DNA of 64,000 nucleotides from Tubulanus polymorphus (Eukaryota; Animalia; Nemertea): assembly GCF_964204645.1 (NCBI RefSeq), contig NC_134033.1:8440655-8504654 (forward strand), written 5' to 3'. Shown one piece after another: positions 58,907 through 64,000 of the stretch (position 1 is the first letter of the stretch; each line of letters starts with the position of its first letter). The translations under genes were made by a program, and so were the position numbers. The notes beneath the pieces were generated by a model. That model was not told the DNA's origin. It did no database searches and saw only the letters and a list, made by a program, of their open reading frames with translations.

Positions 58907-60816
58907 TTAATACCAGTCGTTGTTACGGTGCCCTACAACCGTTGTTTGAGGAACAACGGCTAGGTACTAGACTAGGCTGTGACGAGCTGGAGCATACTTG
59001 GCATTTGGTCATTAACTTGATGTGGACTTTAATGTTGTCGGAGCTGCCCGCTATTAGTCGGAAGTATCCTCTAGAGCCTAAGATCGAACCCGAACTAACC
59101 CGGAAATATATCTTTCGCGGTATTTTGGATAGATATTCGATCTGCGAATTTCGATATTAGAATTTCTTTAAAAGTCTCGTTTTATCCGTGGAGTCGCTGT
59201 TGATATGAATGGAAATGATGGTAGCGAAGGTAAAAGAGCACCTAATTTGGGTAAAAGTGCAGATCCGCACCTCTCGTGATTGACGCAATTTACTGAATTA
59301 CACAAATCACTATTAGCGGTCATCCTTATTATACAGTCAGGAACACTTTCCAAAAACGGCTTATTCTGCCAATTTCGGCCTTTTCCGCCAATAACGGCGG
59401 AATCAGCCATTTATGGATTACTCAGTATTAAACTGCTTCTGCCAATTTAGCCGAAATCGGCGTTTTCTGCCATTTTTGGCTTGTTCTTAAAAAACGCCAT
59501 TTCCGCCGTTTTCAGCTGTTACAGTTTTTAAAACTACATCGCCAGAAACGGCGTTTTAGCTTAGATAGTTTTACAGGTGCTATTTATAGTGCTTAGTTCG
59601 ATGGGAGTCCCTATTATGACATCATCGCTTTTCTGCTGGCATACATTTGTATATTTGCGCCGAAAAATTAATCTCATTGATCCATTCCAGGCTTCAAGAA
59701 AGAATTAAATATAAATGTACGGGTTTCCGATGGCAAATGTATTTGAATTCTGTTCTTTCTTTATACCTGTACAGTCAGGAACACTTTCCAAAAACGGCTT
59801 ATTCTGCCAATTTCGGCGTTTTCCGCCAATAACGGCAGAATCAGCCGTTTATGGATCACTCAGTTTTGAAACTTTTACAGTCGTTTATGGCTTAATCAGC
59901 CAGTTTCAGCTCACTAAGTTTCGAGTTTTGCTTCAAAGTTTTTTGCGCACTTCCGGTCAAATTAGCGCATGTTGCCGATTACGTCATAATCTTGAGCAGA
60001 CGATAAGCTTTCATATGACGCTAGGATGGAAATTTTTGAGCTAGGTAAAGTGGTCAAATTCACGTTTTTCTAAATGATTACGTCATATGCAGCCCAAAAA
60101 CTCCGGGAAAACTCTCAAAACTACTACAGCATGAAACAAGTTTATTAATCATGATTTTTGTTAAAAATAAATTTGGGAACTAGTTTTAAAAACTATTATA
60201 AAGTTTTCAATTAAACGTTGCCATGGGTACACATAAAAACATTCGCCATTTCTGGCGTATTCCGCCGTTTTTGGCGTAGTTAGTTTTATAATCATAAACT
60301 ATTAAGCCATTATTGGCAGTCCACTTGTTATATATGAGGATTCCCCCACCCGCTTAGACGTTTTCCCTAGTGTCTACAGGGTACTTTTTATCGGAATAAA
60401 ATAATTAATTTGCTGAGGTGAACGGATGTGTAAATATTATATGTTAAAAATAAAATGATTATTATAATTATCATTCTCATAAGACAAATCAATCATGGAT
60501 GTATAAACTAGTGTATCAAAAATCTAGTTTTAAGTTTTGCCCATGGTCTTATCTTGCCTAATAAAGCATAGAATGGTTGAGTGAATAAAGAATATTGGAC
60601 TGCATATGATGTTGGTTGATTGAAGGTAATTAACATCCTCGATGCCTCCCAGCTATTTGGACTTGTGATGGGTAGTGATTGAATGAATTGGTGGCCGATG
60701 ACGTTACAACACTCAAAATCAATACAGCTGTATCTAGATTCATTTCAAAATAAAACAAACATTTTCGAAACAATTTGGGATACATGTATGTATATATTTA
60801 TTACATAGAATACACT

Positions 60817-61220
60817 CGAGATGATGTATTTTACCGAGATCAACCGAGATGAAATTAAATATAACATATTTATTTATTCCATATCGATTTTAACCATTGA
60901 AATCATATTATATCAGTAATAAATGCCTGCTGGGTTCATATTTTACATATTTTGTCGGATATTTTTGGAAAAATAACTTTTAACTTTACCGAGATGAGAT
61001 CGTCGATCAATCAAATTCAATGAAATTTTATTGCTAACCGAGTTTACGTTTTTGAAGTCAAAATTTTTTTAAATAAAAAAATATGTAAAATATGACTCTA
61101 GGAGGTATTTATTACTGATATAACATGATTTCAAGTGTTAAAATCGATAAGGAATAAATAAATATGTTATATTTAATTTCATCTCGGTAAAATACATCAT
61201 CTCGGTAATAAGGATGACCC
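60817..61220. repeat. Inverted-repeat MITE-like element with CCGAGATG motifs; related ends near 59318, 61290 and 61478
   Basis: 60817-60940 pairs with ~61080-61205; GGTCATCCTTATTA end motif recurs. Confidence 0.55.
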
Positions 61221-61608
61221 ACTATTAGTATTCACTGTTAGTGTTCACTGTTAGTTACTTCCAGAACCAGAACGATCCTCCTTAATATTACCGAGATGAC
61301 GTAATTGGCCGAGATGAGATGAAATATAACATATTAATTTATTCCTTATAGATTTTAACACTTGAATTGAAATCATTGAAATCATGAGCTCGCCTAAAAG
61401 TAATAATGTTGTAGGCCTATGGAAAAATAGCGGAAATAAATGCTTTGCCGTAAACTACAACTAGGGATTTCAGGTCCGGTCATCCTTATTACCGAGATGA
61501 CGTATTTTGATAAAACTACGCAATAAATCGCGAGAGATGAATGAAATATGAGTCCCACAATCACAAGTTCGAAAAAGATTTAAAACATCAAAACTATAAA
61601 GAAAATAT

Positions 61609-62226
61609 GGCGCTATTGCACTTTCGTACCCCCCTCCCAAAAATTTTTATTTCAGCATATTCATTATCAGGGAGGTCTAGAGATTCAAAATCAGCAACTT
61701 TTGACCCAAAAAACTTACTTTTTCTAGGTTAAAATTTTGTTATTTTGGGCCCTAAATCGCGTGTAAATTCGCCGATTCGCGACGTCAACACCGCCATATT
61801 GGATGTCAATCAAAGTTGCTAACCCTCCACTGAAATGTCATGACATAAAAACTTTGCAAAAACCATGTTTTCAAACATAACCATCTCTGAAAATAACGCG
61901 TATGATTGGATTATTTTCATACTTAGCTATTCATTTAAAGATGTCCTGATGAAGAAAAGTTATGTACCCAAAAACGAAATTGTCAATTCAATTCCATTTA
62001 TTGAGATAAATTTATTCAGATGTTTTTAGGTGGTAATTAGTGCGGAAACATGGCCGACCCGTCGGTTTGAATCGAGGAAATCGGCTCCAAATTATCCGAA
62101 TTTTGGCTTGGAAAAATTTTTTTTTTTTTGTCAAAAGTAGTTTATTTTGACTCTACAGACCTCCCTGATAATAAATATGCTGAAATAAAAACTTTTGGGA
62201 GGAGGGTACGAAAGTGCAATAGCGCC
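61609..62226. mobile_element. Non-autonomous DNA transposon with ~70-bp TIRs and 8-bp TSD
   Basis: GGCGCTATTGCACTTTCGTACCC...GGGTACGAAAGTGCAATAGCGCC flanked by GAAAATAT. Confidence 0.8.
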
Positions 62227-62239
62227 GAAAATATATGTA

Positions 62240-64000
62240 TTTAAATTGTCATAAATCTGATGTACCCTTACGCCCCATTATTTCTAATTGTGGATCACCC
62301 TCGTATTTTCTCTCGAAATCGCTTGCTAAAATGTTATCCCCTGTCGTTTTTCTAATTCTCATATTAAACATAACTCTGACTTGCTAGACAGATTTCGGTC
62401 CATCTTTCCTAACGGTGACAAATTCATCTCATTTGATGTTGTTTCATTGTTTACTAATATCCCTTTAGAGGCTACTTTTGATTTCATTCAACCCAAACTT
62501 CCGGGACTCCACCTCGATTTCCCCATTTCCGTTGAATGTCTCATTGATTTACTTGAACTGTGTTCCAAAAATATGTATTTTCATTTTGAAGGGAATTTCT
62601 TTCAACAGATTTTTGGATTTGCCATGGGGAATCCCCTCTCTCCTATTTTAGCCAATTTATTTTTGGAACATGTTGAAACTGAAATTTTGCCTTTGTATAC
62701 AGATATCCCTCCTAAAGCTTGGTTTCGTTATGTTGACGATGTTCTCTGCTTGGTTTCTGATAAATTTAACCTTCACTTATTTTCAGAGTTCTTAAATTCA
62801 CGTTACCCTAGCCTTAAGTTCACATTTGAATGGGAATCTAATAGTGTGATTCCTTTCCTGGATGTTCTTATACACAATTGTTTTGATCGTCTCCGTTTTT
62901 CAGTTTATCGGAAACCCACCCACTCTAATTCATATTTGCATTTCTTTTCCTTCACTAGTTTTAATATCAAGTTGTCTGTAGCCCAAGGGTTGTTTCTACG
63001 GGCTCTTAGAATTTGTGACCGTAAATTTATTGCAGGGATGAGAATTCTCCACGGTTTCCCGCGGATTTCCGTATTGAAAAATATCAATTTTCCAAATAGT
63101 CCAAAAATGATGTAAAAGTATTGGGGGGGGCGATTATCTCACTCAATCGGTAATCAGGTGAACCATAAAAGCATTCAGTGCCTGTTTTACTTATCGTCAC
63201 GTAAAAGTATCGCATTTCAATGCATATTCATTGCAACACAGTGATTTTGTATCTACATTTGTACTACGATGAGTATTTTATCGATCGGTTGCAGATATGT
63301 GCGCGCGGCAACAGTAGTAATGTACATAGGCCTACTTACTGTTGCCGCACGTGTGTGGATAACGCCTTCAGATATTATACACTACTGGGTGATGATTTTT
63401 AGTGAGCATTCATCGGCGCATTTTAACTGCAATAATTCAGGGCTCGACCCGTAATGCATGAGATGCTGAATGTAATCGAATGAGGATGTACCACATTGGA
63501 ACTAGCCATTAGCTTCCAAAATATAATAGTCATTCATGGGTTCAAGATCGCTCTAAGTGCTCGGAAAACGCATTTAATTTCTAAAATTTTTAATAAAAAC
63601 CCACTCTCAATGCGCTTAACACTGATATCATATTCAAGTATAATAACAAAATCTCGAGTCATTTATCCAAAAATAATACTCTGCCCAATACTCATGCGGG
63701 TGTTTATAAAATCCCTTGCTCAGATTGTGATAAATTTTATATAGGTGAAACTGGTCGCTCCCTCAGCATTCGTATTAAAGAGCTTAAGAAAGATATTATT
63801 AATCAAAAACCCCAAAGTGCTGTGGCTACCCACGTTTGGGATACCAATGGTCATCAATTTGATTTTGATAATTCTCGTATAATTTTTCCGTTTTACAGTA
63901 TTACCCGACGTCACATAGTTGAGTCGGCTTTAATAAATTCCCATTCAAATTCCTGTGTCAATAGTAACCTTGGTTTCTCCCTTCATAATAAACTTTTGTC
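62240..64000 (+). mobile_element. Penelope-like retroelement (RT plus GIY-YIG endonuclease), degenerate, interrupted at ~63030-63500
   Basis: HK.DVPLRPII, SFDVVSLFTNIP, GFAMGNPLSP, RYVDD, VYRKPTH; GVYKIPCSDCDKFYIGETGR at ~63695-63760. Confidence 0.88.

Noticed and set aside
1-64000. Interpretation as a free giant-virus or bacterial contig
   Set aside because: TSD-flanked integrations among Gypsy, intron-containing MULE, LINE, Helentron and Penelope elements indicate a eukaryotic chromosome.

Overview
Eukaryotic (probably invertebrate animal) nuclear DNA made almost entirely of nested mobile elements; no host gene is recognisable. The core is two related, AT-rich, partly decayed Polinton/Maverick-type endogenous viruses: P1 at 1096-17899 (6-bp TSD AACAGA) and P2 at 26936-45094 (6-bp TSD CACCTC). 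Each has AG...CT termini, long TIRs, protein-primed PolB, major and probable minor capsid genes, a packaging ATPase and a retroviral-like integrase. P1 sits in a Gypsy LTR element. P2 sits in a MULE, inside another MULE, inside a second Gypsy element. The most notable signals are five. (1) A 1062-bp LAGLIDADG intein in the catalytic YFD/TD motif of P1 PolB, with the intein-free allele in P2. (2) A poxvirus-late-like TAAATG at 27 of 29 identifiable Polinton gene starts. (3) Each TIR begins with a self-complementary palindrome (about 96 bp in P1, about 415 bp in P2). (4) A GC-rich palindromic micro-insert found in frame in unrelated genes. (5) A giant-virus-type HNH nuclease. Together they suggest, as inference only, a virophage-like Polinton lineage linked to a large cytoplasmic DNA virus. 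Also present: an SGNH-hydrolase ORF in the env position of a Gypsy element, a LINE RT fragment, a Helentron-like element, several MITEs and a Penelope element. All calls are by eye, without database searches.
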